Shown here: one piece after another, positions 17,888 to 27,821 of the stretch
Position numbering within the stretch: position 1 is the stretch's first letter
Layout of the letters: the number at the start of each line of letters is the position of its first letter
DNA from: Escherichia phage vB_EcoS-613R10
Sequence record: ON470590
Length of the DNA: 38,680 nt
Direction: 5' to 3' (one strand)
The notes under the pieces: model-generated
The model's input: only the letters and a program-made list of their open reading frames with translations
What the model was told of the DNA's origin: nothing
Database searches by the model: none
Position numbers and translations under genes: made by a program

Positions 17888-18255
17888 ATGAAAATGCACA
17901 ATGCCCCTCATTCCTGGCCTGACTTACTGGAACTCTTACAAAGTTGGTGGCGTGGAGATACGCCGCTGGGTGCAGTGGTTATGTCAATTATTATGGCTGG
18001 TTTGCGCATTGCCTATTTTGGCGGGGGNNNNNNNNNNNNNNNNNNNNNNNNNNNNNNNNNNNNNNNCGAAAAACGCTTGAGATTCTGCTTTGTGGTGCTC
18101 TGACGCTGACCTTTGCATCCGCGCTTGAGTATGTCGGATGGCCTAAATCACTTTCTGTTGCCATTGGTGGTGGGGTGGGGCTGATTGGTGTTGATGCTAT
18201 TCGTGGTGCGGCAATGAGGGTCATCGGTAACAAGTTCGGTGCCCATAAGGAGTAA
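17888..18255 (+). CDS. S: Class I holin (lambda S-like), interrupted by an N-run
   Basis: MKM dual-start motif as in lambda S; hydrophobic segments before and after the gap; C-terminus LIGVDAIRGAAMRVIGNKFG resembles the lambda S tail; directly upstream of the endolysin. Confidence 0.75.
18028..18066. other. Run of N (assembly gap or masked sequence)
   Basis: 39 consecutive N inside the holin gene; the reading frame changes across the gap. Confidence 0.99.
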
Positions 18256-18258
18256 TTA

Positions 18259-18735
18259 ATGCAGACACTTAATTCCCAGCGTAAAGCTTTCCTTGATATG
18301 GTGGCATGGTCAGAAGGAACAGATAACGGACGGCAGAAAACCAGAAATCACGGTTATGATGTTATTGTCGGTGGCGAACTGTTCACTGATTACTCCGATC
18401 ACCCCCGCAAACTTGTCACGCTAAATCCGAAACTCAAATCAACAGCCGCTGGACGTTACCAGCTTCTTTCACGCTGGTGGGATGCCTACCGCAAGCAACT
18501 TGGCCTGAAAGATTTTTCTCCAGAAAGTCAGGATGCTGTAGCGCTGCAGCAGATTAAAGAGCGTGGCGCTTTGCCGATGATTGATCGCGGTGATATCCGT
18601 CAGACTATCGACCGTTGCAGCAATATATGGGCTTCACTGCCGGGCGCTGGTTATGGTCAGTTCGAGCATAAGGCTGACAGTCTGATTGCAAAATTCAAAG
18701 AAGCTGGCGGAACGGTCAGAGAGATTGAGGTATGA
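18259..18735 (+). CDS. R: Endolysin, lambda R-type lytic transglycosylase
   Basis: 158 aa; near-identical to lambda R as recalled ([47 protein letters not shown]...). Confidence 0.95.
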   Translation: MQTLNSQRKAFLDMVAWSEGTDNGRQKTRNHGYDVIVGGELFTDYSDHPRKLVTLNPKLKSTAAGRYQLLSRWWDAYRKQLGLKDFSPESQDAVALQQIKERGALPMIDRGDIRQTIDRCSNIWASLPGAGYGQFEHKADSLIAKFKEAGGTVREIEV

Positions 18736-19196
18736 GCAGAGTAACCGCGATTATCTCCGCTCTGGTTATCTGCATCGTCGTCTGCCTGTCATGGGGTGTT
18801 AATCATTACCGTGATAACGCCATCGCCTACAAAGAACAGCGCGACAAAAATGCCAGAGAACTGAAGCTGGCGAACGCGGCAATTACTGACATGCAGATGC
18901 GTCAGCGTGATGTTGCTGCGCTCGATGCAAAATACACGAAGGAGTTAGCTGATGCGAAAGCTGAAAATGATGCTCTGCGTGATGATGTTGCCGCTGGTCG
19001 TCGTCGGTTGCACATCAAAGCAGTCTGTCAGTCAGTGCGTGAAGCCACCACCGCCTCCGGCGTGGATAATGCAGCCTCCCCCCGACTGGCAGACACCGCT
19101 GAACGGGATTATTTCACCCTCCGGGAACGACTGGTAATGATGCAGGCCCAACTTGAAGGTGCTCAGCAATACATAACCGAGCAGTGTTTAAAGTAA
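18732..19196 (+). CDS. Rz: Spanin inner-membrane subunit Rz
   Basis: 154 aa; N-terminal membrane helix then coiled-coil-like region; overlaps the R stop; Rz1 embedded in the +1 frame. Confidence 0.9.
   Translation: MSRVTAIISALVICIVVCLSWGVNHYRDNAIAYKEQRDKNARELKLANAAITDMQMRQRDVAALDAKYTKELADAKAENDALRDDVAAGRRRLHIKAVCQSVREATTASGVDNAASPRLADTAERDYFTLRERLVMMQAQLEGAQQYITEQCLK
18952..19137 (+). CDS. Rz1: Spanin outer-membrane lipoprotein Rz1
   Basis: 61 aa wholly inside Rz in another frame; lipobox LVVVGC; proline-rich mature part. Confidence 0.85.
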   Translation: MRKLKMMLCVMMLPLVVVGCTSKQSVSQCVKPPPPPAWIMQPPPDWQTPLNGIISPSGNDW

Positions 19197-19333
19197 AATC
19201 TTAACTACAATATGATTCATTTTGATGATTGTTTCATAAGGAACAGTGAAGTAAGATCTAAGAGGAGTTAAATTTTATACAGTATAATCATAATATTGCA
19301 GCAAGGTGGTTATAATTGAAAGAATATTTAGAT

Positions 19334-20791
19334 ATGAATACATCTCATGTAAGAGTTGTTACTCATATGTGTGGGTTCCTGGTTTGGCTCTATAGTCTTT
19401 CAATGTTGCCACCAATGGTTGTAGCATTGTTTTATAAAGAAAAAAGCCTGTTCGTTTTCTTTATAACTTTCGTTATATTTTTTTGCATTGGTGGCGGAGC
19501 GTGGTATACAACTAAGAAATCTGGCATTCAATTACGTACCCGTGATGGGTTTATTATAATTGTAATGTTTTGGATTTTGTTTTCTGTTATTAGTGCATTC
19601 CCTTTATGGATTGACTCAGAACTTAATTTAACGTTCATTGATGCTCTGTTTGAAGGGGTTTCTGGAATAACAACAACAGGAGCAACTGTAATTGATGATG
19701 TTAGTTCATTACCTCGGGCATATTTGTACTATCGGTCACAGTTAAATTTTATAGGTGGTTTAGGAGTTATTGTTCTGGCGGTTGCTGTATTGCCATTATT
19801 GGGTATTGGTGGTGCAAAGCTTTATCAGTCAGAAATGCCGGGGCCATTTAAGGATGACAAACTCACTCCCCGCCTGGCCGATACGTCACGGACACTGTGG
19901 ATAACTTATTCTTTATTAGGTATTGCTTGTATTGTCTGTTATAGACTTGCAGGAATGCCTTTGTTTGATGCTATTTGTCACGGGATTTCCACAGTTTCGC
20001 TTGGTGGTTTCTCAACTCATAGCGAGAGTATCGGATATTTTAATAACTATTTGGTTGAGCTGGTGGCTGGTTCTTTTTCCCTGCTATCGGCTTTCAACTT
20101 CACTCTTTGGTATATTGTTATTAGCAGGAAAACGATAAAACCTTTAATCAGAGATATTGAACTTCGTTTCTTTCTGTTAATAGCCTTAGGGGTGATCATT
20201 GTTACCTCTTTCCAGGTCTGGCATATAGGTATGTATGACTTGCATGGAAGTTTTATTCATTCGTTTTTTCTTGCCAGCTCCATGCTCACTGATAATGGTT
20301 TAGCTACGCAGGATTATGCAAGTTGGCCCACGCACACGATAGTGTTTTTGCTGTTGTCAAGTTTCTTTGGGGGATGTATAGGTTCAACTTGTGGTGGAAT
20401 TAAGTCACTTCGATTTCTTATACTTTTCAAACAAAGCAAACACGAGATAAATCAGCTTTCTCATCCCAGAGCGTTGTTGAGTGTAAATGTAGGAGGGAAG
20501 ATAGTTACAGATCGTGTAATGAGGTCTGTATGGAGTTTCTTTTTTCTTTATACTCTCTTCACGGTGTTTTTTATACTGGTGTTAAATGGTATGGGATATG
20601 ATTTTCTTACATCATTTGCAACAGTGGCTGCATGTATTAATAATATGGGATTAGGTTTTGGGGCTACTGCATCGTCATTCGGAGTGCTTAATGACATTGC
20701 AAAATGTTTAATGTGCATAGCTATGATTCTTGGTCGCCTTGAAATTTATCCTGTTATTATATTGTTTTCAGGTTTTTTTTGGCGCTCCTAA
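19334..20791 (+). CDS. trkG: Potassium uptake protein TrkG
   Basis: 485 aa from ATG at 19334 (MNTSHVRVVTHMCGFLVWLYSL...); polytopic membrane protein recognised as Rac TrkG; visibly AT-rich. Confidence 0.95.
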   Translation: MNTSHVRVVTHMCGFLVWLYSLSMLPPMVVALFYKEKSLFVFFITFVIFFCIGGGAWYTTKKSGIQLRTRDGFIIIVMFWILFSVISAFPLWIDSELNLTFIDALFEGVSGITTTGATVIDDVSSLPRAYLYYRSQLNFIGGLGVIVLAVAVLPLLGIGGAKLYQSEMPGPFKDDKLTPRLADTSRTLWITYSLLGIACIVCYRLAGMPLFDAICHGISTVSLGGFSTHSESIGYFNNYLVELVAGSFSLLSAFNFTLWYIVISRKTIKPLIRDIELRFFLLIALGVIIVTSFQVWHIGMYDLHGSFIHSFFLASSMLTDNGLATQDYASWPTHTIVFLLLSSFFGGCIGSTCGGIKSLRFLILFKQSKHEINQLSHPRALLSVNVGGKIVTDRVMRSVWSFFFLYTLFTVFFILVLNGMGYDFLTSFATVAACINNMGLGFGATASSFGVLNDIAKCLMCIAMILGRLEIYPVIILFSGFFWRS

Positions 20792-20928
20792 TATATGGCT
20801 GATTTATAATTGTGAGTTTAATATTATGTTGACTCACTCATTGATCCAATACCTAACTTTACCAGCAACACCTCCGTCCCCAGTAGCACTGGCTGCTGGG
20901 GTGCGTTTTATTCATAAAGCAAGGCTGT

Positions 20929-21720
20929 ATGAGCGAGAAATTAAAGATAGTCTATCGCCCATTACAAGAATTGTCACCGTATGCGCACAACGCCAGGACG
21001 CACAGTACTGAGCAGGTGGCACAACTGGTAGAAAGTATTAAGCAATTCGGCTGGACTAATCCGGTGCTGATTGACGAAAAGGGCGAAATTATTGCGGGTC
21101 ACGGTCGTGTTATGGCGGCTGAAATGCTCAAAATGGATTCTGTTCCGGTCATTGTTCTGTCTGGCCTGACGGATGAGCAGAAAAAGGCGTACCGCCTGGC
21201 AGATAATCGCCTGCCGATGAATGCTGGCTGGGATGAAGATCTGTTGCGGATGGAGCTGTCGGACCTAATCAATGCTGATTTTGATGTCTCCCTGACAGGC
21301 TTCATCCCGACAGAAATTGATGAACTGTTGACGGATGTTTTGCCCGGTACAGGAAATGAGGAGGAGCCGTATACGACGAAAATTGATACGCCTGTTTATG
21401 AGCCGTCGGGCGGTAAACCGGATATCAGTGAACTGTACGACGATACGAAAACTCAGGAGCTGATCAGCCGGATACGTTCGGCGTCCCTTGAGCCTGATAT
21501 TGAGAAATTCCTCCTGTGTGCGGCAGAACGTCACACGGTGTTTAATTTCAGCAGAATTGCGGACTATTACGCTCACGCCCCCTCTGAAATTCAGTGTTTT
21601 TTCGAGGAGTCGGCGCTGGTGATCATTGATTATCAGCAGGCTATTGAAAATGGATTTGTCCGGATGACGCAGCGCATGGTGGAGATCATGCATGGTGGTG
21701 AGGAGGAGGAATATGCGTGA
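20929..21720 (+). CDS. ParB-like nuclease domain protein
   Basis: 263 aa; N-terminal ParB/sulfiredoxin-type region with the IAGHGR motif; C-terminal ~170 aa unassigned. Confidence 0.75.
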   Translation: MSEKLKIVYRPLQELSPYAHNARTHSTEQVAQLVESIKQFGWTNPVLIDEKGEIIAGHGRVMAAEMLKMDSVPVIVLSGLTDEQKKAYRLADNRLPMNAGWDEDLLRMELSDLINADFDVSLTGFIPTEIDELLTDVLPGTGNEEEPYTTKIDTPVYEPSGGKPDISELYDDTKTQELISRIRSASLEPDIEKFLLCAAERHTVFNFSRIADYYAHAPSEIQCFFEESALVIIDYQQAIENGFVRMTQRMVEIMHGGEEEEYA

Positions 21721-22645
21721 TGATTTTTGCGCCTTTATTCTGACTCACGGGCGACCGGACAAAGTTCTGACTTACCGGACGTTGCGTCGTGCTGGCTATA
21801 CCGGGAAAATTTTTATCGTTGTTGATGATGAAGATAAGACACGGCATCAGTACATGGCTGAATTTGGGGAACAGGTGCTGGTGTTTTCCAAAGCCGATAT
21901 CGCCAGTCGTTTTGACGAAGCCGATAATTTCTGTGACCGCCGCTCAATTTTTTACGCCCGTAATGCCTGTTTCGACCTGGCAAAACTGGTCGGGTGTAAA
22001 TACTTCATTCAGCTCGATGATGATTATCACGAGTTCCAGTTTCGGGTGGATCGCAACTATGACCAGGCCTATTTTCCGATAAGGAAACTGGATGCGATCC
22101 TTTCTGAAATGCTGGCGTACTACGAATCAATACCTGCTCTTTCCATCGCTATGTCGCAGGGCGGGGATTTTCTTGGTGACAATGGCGGCCATGCTTCGTG
22201 GGTGAAACGCAAGGCAATGAACAGCTTTATCTGTTCGGTTGAACGACCGTTCTCATTCATGGGGCGCATTAACGAGGATGTGAATACGTACACGAATCTC
22301 GGTCGCTGTGGTGAATTGTTTATGACGATCGGTGCTGTCCAGTTAGGGCAGAAACAGACGCAGAAAAACAGCGGCGGAATGACCGAGCTGTATCTGGATT
22401 CCGGAACCTACGTTAAAAGTTTTTACTCCGTCATGTATGCGCCGTCGTGCGTAAAAATCTCACTGATGGGTGCCAGCCATAAACGCATTCACCATCAGGT
22501 CACCTGGAACAACGCTGCAGTAAAAATCCTTCACGAAAAATACAGGAAGAAGACACCCTGCATATCAATGGGGGTGACAAATGATTCCGTATTCGAAAGT
22601 CGAGTCTCTGGCAGCGTGCCGGATGACTGCACAACAAATCGCTGA
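21713..22645 (+). CDS. Uncharacterised protein with two acidic DxD-like motifs
   Basis: 310 aa from ATG at 21713 preceded by GAGGAGGAGGA, overlapping the ParB-like stop; FIVVDDED and IQLDDDY motifs after hydrophobic strands, which could suggest a nucleotide-sugar transferase fold (weak inference). Confidence 0.65.
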   Translation: MRDDFCAFILTHGRPDKVLTYRTLRRAGYTGKIFIVVDDEDKTRHQYMAEFGEQVLVFSKADIASRFDEADNFCDRRSIFYARNACFDLAKLVGCKYFIQLDDDYHEFQFRVDRNYDQAYFPIRKLDAILSEMLAYYESIPALSIAMSQGGDFLGDNGGHASWVKRKAMNSFICSVERPFSFMGRINEDVNTYTNLGRCGELFMTIGAVQLGQKQTQKNSGGMTELYLDSGTYVKSFYSVMYAPSCVKISLMGASHKRIHHQVTWNNAAVKILHEKYRKKTPCISMGVTNDSVFESRVSGSVPDDCTTNR

Positions 22646-22832
22646 CGTTCTGGATGTTGATCTGAACCGACTGAAAGAAAATCGGGAAGCAATGACAGAT
22701 TTTTATGCGGCCATCCGTAAGGGCAGAGCGAAAGGTGAAGCCGAGTTACGAGCGGCATTGTTTAAGCTTGCCAGAAAAGGGGATGCCTTTGCTCTGCGCG
22801 AACTACTCAGGGTGGATAAAAATCAGGACTAA
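22581..22832 (+). CDS. Small hypothetical protein upstream of small terminase
   Basis: 83 aa; SD GGGGGTGA before the ATG; overlaps the 3' end of the upstream gene by 65 nt; ends 4 nt before the terminase small subunit. Confidence 0.45.
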   Translation: MIPYSKVESLAACRMTAQQIADVLDVDLNRLKENREAMTDFYAAIRKGRAKGEAELRAALFKLARKGDAFALRELLRVDKNQD

Positions 22833-22835
22833 CTG

Positions 22836-23930
22836 ATGAGCAGACCGGACTGGGGGGCGTTGCAGCAGGAGTATATTGCTGAATACACCCGCTCCGGTAT
22901 ATCTCCGGTGGCATGGTGTGAAGCAAGGGGACTGAATTACGCAACAGCCCGTCGTTACATCAAAAAAACTCCGAAAAATGCGCAGACAGAAATGTGCAAA
23001 ACTGCGCAAAAAAGTGCGCAGAAAAAATCTGCGCAGACTGCACAAAAGCGGAACGAAAAATCTCAGGAAAAAAAGCCAGTATTCGATGCGGGCCTGAATG
23101 AGGGCGACGCGGAGGAATTTTCGTTCTGTCCCGATGAATTCGGCATTTCTGACCAGCAGGCTAAGTTTGCGATGCTTGTTGCTCAGGGTAAAAAGCCGAC
23201 AGAGGCGTACCGACTAGCCGGTTATGAGGGGCAAGGTGCGACAGCTAATAGCAACGCCAGTCGTATGCTTAGAAATGCCAGGGTTTTTCGCGCTATCAGC
23301 TACTTCCGCAATCAGTACCAGAAACGCTATACCGCAGACCTGGATTTACTAGTGAGTCAGTTGATGGCCATTGTCCTGGCCGACCCCAATCAGCTTGCAC
23401 AATTTCGCCGTGTTAACTGCCGTTATTGCTGGGGCGAGAATCATCTCTACCAGTGGCGCGATATAGCAGAATTCGACAAGGCAGCGGCGCAGGCTTCCAG
23501 AGATGGCAAACCCGAACCGGAATATGGAGGCCTCGGCTTTGTTGATAACGCCATACCCAATCCGGACTGCCCGAAGTGCTGCGGTGAGGGAACGGGACAG
23601 CTTTATATGGCTGATACCACTCTGCTTGATGGGGATGCGCGGCAATTATATGCAGGGGCAAAATTCGGAAAATTCGGCGTTGAGATCCTGCTGGAGGATA
23701 AGGCTGCCGCCCGGCGTGAATTGTTGCGTTTGCTTTCTGCTGGCGGGGCTTTATGTGCAGATAAGCGGCTACAGGAACTGGAAATTGAACGGCGCAGAAT
23801 GGAAAACCAGAAGCTGCGCAAAGAGATCGAAACGGTGGAAGATAATGAACATCCCCAGCCTGTGGCGATCAATATTAATGTGGTTGATGCCAGAGTAAGG
23901 AGTGATGAAGATGATCTCTCCGACGCTTAA
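22836..23930 (+). CDS. Terminase small subunit
   Basis: 364 aa immediately upstream of and overlapping the large subunit; N-terminal HTH-like region; lysine-rich linker. Confidence 0.7.
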   Translation: MSRPDWGALQQEYIAEYTRSGISPVAWCEARGLNYATARRYIKKTPKNAQTEMCKTAQKSAQKKSAQTAQKRNEKSQEKKPVFDAGLNEGDAEEFSFCPDEFGISDQQAKFAMLVAQGKKPTEAYRLAGYEGQGATANSNASRMLRNARVFRAISYFRNQYQKRYTADLDLLVSQLMAIVLADPNQLAQFRRVNCRYCWGENHLYQWRDIAEFDKAAAQASRDGKPEPEYGGLGFVDNAIPNPDCPKCCGEGTGQLYMADTTLLDGDARQLYAGAKFGKFGVEILLEDKAAARRELLRLLSAGGALCADKRLQELEIERRRMENQKLRKEIETVEDNEHPQPVAININVVDARVRSDEDDLSDA

Positions 23931-25212
23931 TGTGCCTCAGGCGCGATTTCTTTCAATGCCCCATAAATTTAAAGCCTATATTGCTGGTTTTGGCTCGGGC
24001 AAAACATGGGTTGGGTGTGGCGGCATATGCAAGGGGATTTGGGAGCATCCAGGTATAAATCAGGGATATTTTGCGCCAACGTATCCCCAAATTCGCGATA
24101 TTTTTTACCCTACAGTGGAAGAAGTTGCTGCTGACTGGGGATTGAACGTAAAAATTAATGAGGGAAATAAAGAGGTTCACTTTTATTACGGACGCCAGTA
24201 TCGGGGAACCACTATCTGCAGATCGATGGAGAAGCCACAAACGATCGTCGGTTTCAAAATTGGTAATGCGTTGGTGGATGAACTGGACATTTTGCCGAAG
24301 GAAAAAGCCAGAACGGCGTGGCGCAAGATAATTGCACGTATGCGTTATAAGATTGATGGACTTCGCAACGGTATTGACGTTACAACCACGCCGGAAGGAT
24401 TCAAATTTGTCTACGAGCAGTTTGTTAAAGCCGTGCGTGAAAAAACAGAGCTGGCCTCACTGTATGGTCTGGTGCAGGCATCTACTTTCGATAATGAAAA
24501 GAACCTGCCAGCAGATTACATTCCTTCGCTTCTTGAATCATACCCTCCAGAGCTGATTAAAGCCTATCTTCGAGGACAGTTTACTAACCTGACAAGTGGT
24601 ACTGTTTACCATCAGTTTGACCGGAAACTGAATAATTGCGAAGAAGTGGAGCAGCCAGGGGAGCCGATTTATATTGGGATGGATTTTAACGTTGGAAAGA
24701 TGGCGGGAATCGTCCATGTGCTGCGTTTGGGGCTTCCATGTGCGGTAACTGAAATCATCAATGCCTACGATACGCCGGATATGATCCGCATCATTAAAGA
24801 ACGCTTCTGGCTGTATGATGGGAATGATTACCGGAAAGTGAGGGAAATTTATATTTATCCAGATGCTTCCGGGGATTCCAGAAAATCAAGTAACGCAAGT
24901 ACGACGGATATAGCCCAGCTTAAGCAGGCTGGTTTTAACGTTGTGGTGAACAGCTCGAACCCGCCAGTAAAAGATCGCGTTAACTCAATGAATGCAATGT
25001 TCTGCAATGCCAATGGTGAGCGTCGCTATAAAGTTAATGTGAAGCGTTGCCCGTTATATGCCGAATCTCTGGAGCAACAGGTCTGGGATGAGAAGGGGGA
25101 GCCTGATAAAAAATCTGGCAATGATCACCCGAATGATGCCGGAGGTTATTTCATCGTTAAGCAATTCCCTATTGTCAAACCGACCGGAAGAGTCACATCA
25201 CTTCGGATTTAA
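23902..25212 (+). CDS. Terminase large subunit
   Basis: 436 aa; Walker A motif AGFGSGKT; followed by the portal gene. Confidence 0.85.
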   Translation: MMKMISPTLNVPQARFLSMPHKFKAYIAGFGSGKTWVGCGGICKGIWEHPGINQGYFAPTYPQIRDIFYPTVEEVAADWGLNVKINEGNKEVHFYYGRQYRGTTICRSMEKPQTIVGFKIGNALVDELDILPKEKARTAWRKIIARMRYKIDGLRNGIDVTTTPEGFKFVYEQFVKAVREKTELASLYGLVQASTFDNEKNLPADYIPSLLESYPPELIKAYLRGQFTNLTSGTVYHQFDRKLNNCEEVEQPGEPIYIGMDFNVGKMAGIVHVLRLGLPCAVTEIINAYDTPDMIRIIKERFWLYDGNDYRKVREIYIYPDASGDSRKSSNASTTDIAQLKQAGFNVVVNSSNPPVKDRVNSMNAMFCNANGERRYKVNVKRCPLYAESLEQQVWDEKGEPDKKSGNDHPNDAGGYFIVKQFPIVKPTGRVTSLRI

Positions 25213-25214
25213 TT

Positions 25215-26621
25215 ATGGCTGATATATCAACACCCAACCTCGACTATAACGATATGCTGGAGGCGTGGGATATTAACGACGCACTGATGGGCGGTACGCT
25301 TGAAATGCGCAGGCAGGGGGAAAATTATCTCCCAAAATGGCCTAACGAAGATGAAGACGCTTATAAAAAACGCCTGTCTGTGGCTACGCTACTTCCTGTG
25401 TATGAAGAAAGCATCAAGCAAAATATTGGGCGCATATTTGCAGAGCCGACAGTATTGAGTGAGGAAACGCCGGCAAAAATCAGGGAATATGCAGAAAATA
25501 TCGACATGGAGGGGAGCCGACTGGATGTGTGGGCGCAGCAATTTTTCAGCCTCGCATTTCAGTATGGTGTGGCACATGCGCTGGTGGACTATCCACGAAC
25601 GGATATGAAAGAGATTCGGACAAAAGCCGATGAAAACGCGGCCGGTGGTCGTCCGTACGTTACGATGCTGAATCCACGCCAGGTTATTGGATGGAAATCG
25701 AAAGTTGAAAAAGGGAAAGTTGTTCTCACTGATTTGCGTATAAAAGAGGTCATCATTATTGATGGTGATGATTTCGGGCAGAAGAAGGTGGAGCAGATCC
25801 GCCATATTATGCCCCGTCGAGTTGAAATTTATCGACGTAGCGAAGGCACTAATGGCGAATCTGTCTGGACGCTTCATGAGTCATGGAATACCAGCCGTGA
25901 TGATATTCCTCTGGTAACACTGTACACGAAGAAAACAGGATTTATGCGTGGTACACCGCCATTGCTTAATCTTGGCTTGCTGAATATCAAGCACTGGCAA
26001 AGCCAGAGCGAGCAGGACAATATTCTTCATGTTGCCCGCGTTCCATTGCTGGTGGCCTACGGGCTGGACAGGAATGAAGAACTGACGGTTGGTGCATCCA
26101 CCGCTACGATTTTTGAGGACAGAACAAAAAATGGCCTCGAATATGTTGAACATAGTGGCGCAGCGATAGAATCTGGCGAAACATCACTTGAGAAGCTGGA
26201 AAATCAGATGCGTCATGCCGGCGCTAAACTTCTGCGTGCTGAAAATACATCCACCAAATCTGTTGATCAGACTAATGAAGAGCGAATGCAGGAAAACTCG
26301 CCGCTTTATACAATGGCGAACTCCCTCGAAGATGCCCTCGATAATATTCTCCAGATAATGGCGGAATGGATCGGAGAGAGTTGCGGTGGCAATGTGGATG
26401 TGCGCACTGAACTGGATGTATCTGCCCAGGTGTTTGACTCATCCTCCGCGCTGGCTGTTCAGTCATTGCGTCAGGGCGGTGATATACGTCAGATTGATGC
26501 GGTTCGGGTGTTGCAGGCGTTGAAATTTATCGATCAGGATTCCCGTCCAGAGGAAGTGATCGATGAATTAAAAAATCAGAGTGTAATGCTGATGGAAATC
26601 AATGATGCAAACCGTGAATGA
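25215..26621 (+). CDS. Portal protein
   Basis: 468 aa gene directly after the terminase large subunit; size and position typical of a portal. Confidence 0.75.
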   Translation: MADISTPNLDYNDMLEAWDINDALMGGTLEMRRQGENYLPKWPNEDEDAYKKRLSVATLLPVYEESIKQNIGRIFAEPTVLSEETPAKIREYAENIDMEGSRLDVWAQQFFSLAFQYGVAHALVDYPRTDMKEIRTKADENAAGGRPYVTMLNPRQVIGWKSKVEKGKVVLTDLRIKEVIIIDGDDFGQKKVEQIRHIMPRRVEIYRRSEGTNGESVWTLHESWNTSRDDIPLVTLYTKKTGFMRGTPPLLNLGLLNIKHWQSQSEQDNILHVARVPLLVAYGLDRNEELTVGASTATIFEDRTKNGLEYVEHSGAAIESGETSLEKLENQMRHAGAKLLRAENTSTKSVDQTNEERMQENSPLYTMANSLEDALDNILQIMAEWIGESCGGNVDVRTELDVSAQVFDSSSALAVQSLRQGGDIRQIDAVRVLQALKFIDQDSRPEEVIDELKNQSVMLMEINDANRE

Positions 26622-27717
26622 ACGGCTGCGTGATGAATCAATTGCTCATGCAGTCTGGATATCCCGCTATAGCACTGGCGTGGCTGCCAGAATGGTGAAA
26701 ATACTGAATGACAGCGATGCGGAACTTACTGCTCGCCTGCTGATAGCACTGGACAGCCTCGATCCAGGTAGTTTTACCGTTAAGCGCCTGGAGTCACTTC
26801 TGGCGAGCGTCAGAGAGGTTAACCGCACTGCTATTAACAGCATGTTTACCAGTCTCTCCGGAGAGCTGAACGAGCTGGCAATTTATGAGGCTGGTTATCA
26901 GTTAAGTCTGTTTGATTCTATGCTACCTGATTTTGTTGCTGATGTTCACCCTCTGGTTGGTATCTCTCCTGATGCACTTTATGCCGCTGCAATGGCGCGA
27001 CCATTCCAGGGACGACTGCTCAGTGAGTGGGCCTCAGATCTTGAAGCGGATCGGCTCAGACGCATAACAAATACAGTGCGTCAGGGTTTTTTGCTGGGGG
27101 ATACCAATGAGCAGATCGCAAGAAAAATTCGGGGACATGTCAGTAAGGGATTTCAGGATGGTGCATTGCAGATGAGCCGGGCTAATGCGGCCAGCATTGC
27201 AAAAACAGCGGTTGGACATCTTGCTGCTACTGCCCGTGAGAGTTTTGCCAGCGCGAATAATGATTTGATTAAGGGTAAGCAATGGTTATCAACGCTTGAT
27301 AATCGTACTACGCCACAATGTCGAATCAGGGATCGCCTCAAATATACGCTGAATAATAAACCTGTAGGTCACAGCGTGCCTTATTTGCAGGGGCCGGGAA
27401 AAATTCATTTCTGCTGCCGCTCAACGGAAACGTTCATTCTGAAATCAGCGAAGGAACTGGGTATTGATGTTCGCGATATTTCCCCGGCTGAGCGGGCCAG
27501 CATGGATGGCGTGGTGGCCGGAGATACAACCTACAGGGAATGGTTTTTGCGTCAGCCTTACACCAGACAAAAACAGATTGTGGGGGAAACCCGAGCAAAG
27601 CTGATTCGGGATGGTGGTATGTCGCCAGATGAATTTTACACCGATAAAGGCGAATGGCTGACGCTGAAGCAGCTCCGTGAGCGTGATGCACAGGTATTCA
27701 GAAAAGCAGGGATTTAA
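26602..27717 (+). CDS. Head morphogenesis protein (Mu F / SPP1 gp7-like)
   Basis: 371 aa following the portal with overlap; assignment by position and general resemblance. Confidence 0.65.
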   Translation: MMQTVNERLRDESIAHAVWISRYSTGVAARMVKILNDSDAELTARLLIALDSLDPGSFTVKRLESLLASVREVNRTAINSMFTSLSGELNELAIYEAGYQLSLFDSMLPDFVADVHPLVGISPDALYAAAMARPFQGRLLSEWASDLEADRLRRITNTVRQGFLLGDTNEQIARKIRGHVSKGFQDGALQMSRANAASIAKTAVGHLAATARESFASANNDLIKGKQWLSTLDNRTTPQCRIRDRLKYTLNNKPVGHSVPYLQGPGKIHFCCRSTETFILKSAKELGIDVRDISPAERASMDGVVAGDTTYREWFLRQPYTRQKQIVGETRAKLIRDGGMSPDEFYTDKGEWLTLKQLRERDAQVFRKAGI

Positions 27718-27737
27718 ATAAATCATTTATTACAACA

Positions 27738-27761
27738 GGCTACCTTCGGGTGGCCTTTTTT
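27738..27761 (+). terminator. Terminator-like hairpin with UUCG loop inside the late operon
   Basis: GGCTACC-TTCG-GGTGGCC (one G-U pair) followed by TTTTTT. Confidence 0.5.
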
Positions 27762-27821
27762 ATTGCTGCGATCCGGATGGTGAGCAGCGTAACTGTCGGA
27801 AGACTTAAACCAGGTACTAAT

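Noticed and set aside
17944-18255. 103 aa ORF and 17991-18233 minus-strand ORF as separate genes
   Set aside because: Both are artefacts of translating through the N-run; the region is better explained as a single holin gene interrupted by the gap.
20878-20910. Hairpin CCCCAG-N12-CTGGGG after trkG as a terminator
   Set aside because: Long loop and an interrupted, short T-tract; too weak to call.
23349-24556. Several 74-131 aa ORFs on both strands inside the terminase genes
   Set aside because: Embedded in terminase small and large subunit coding sequence; no independent support.
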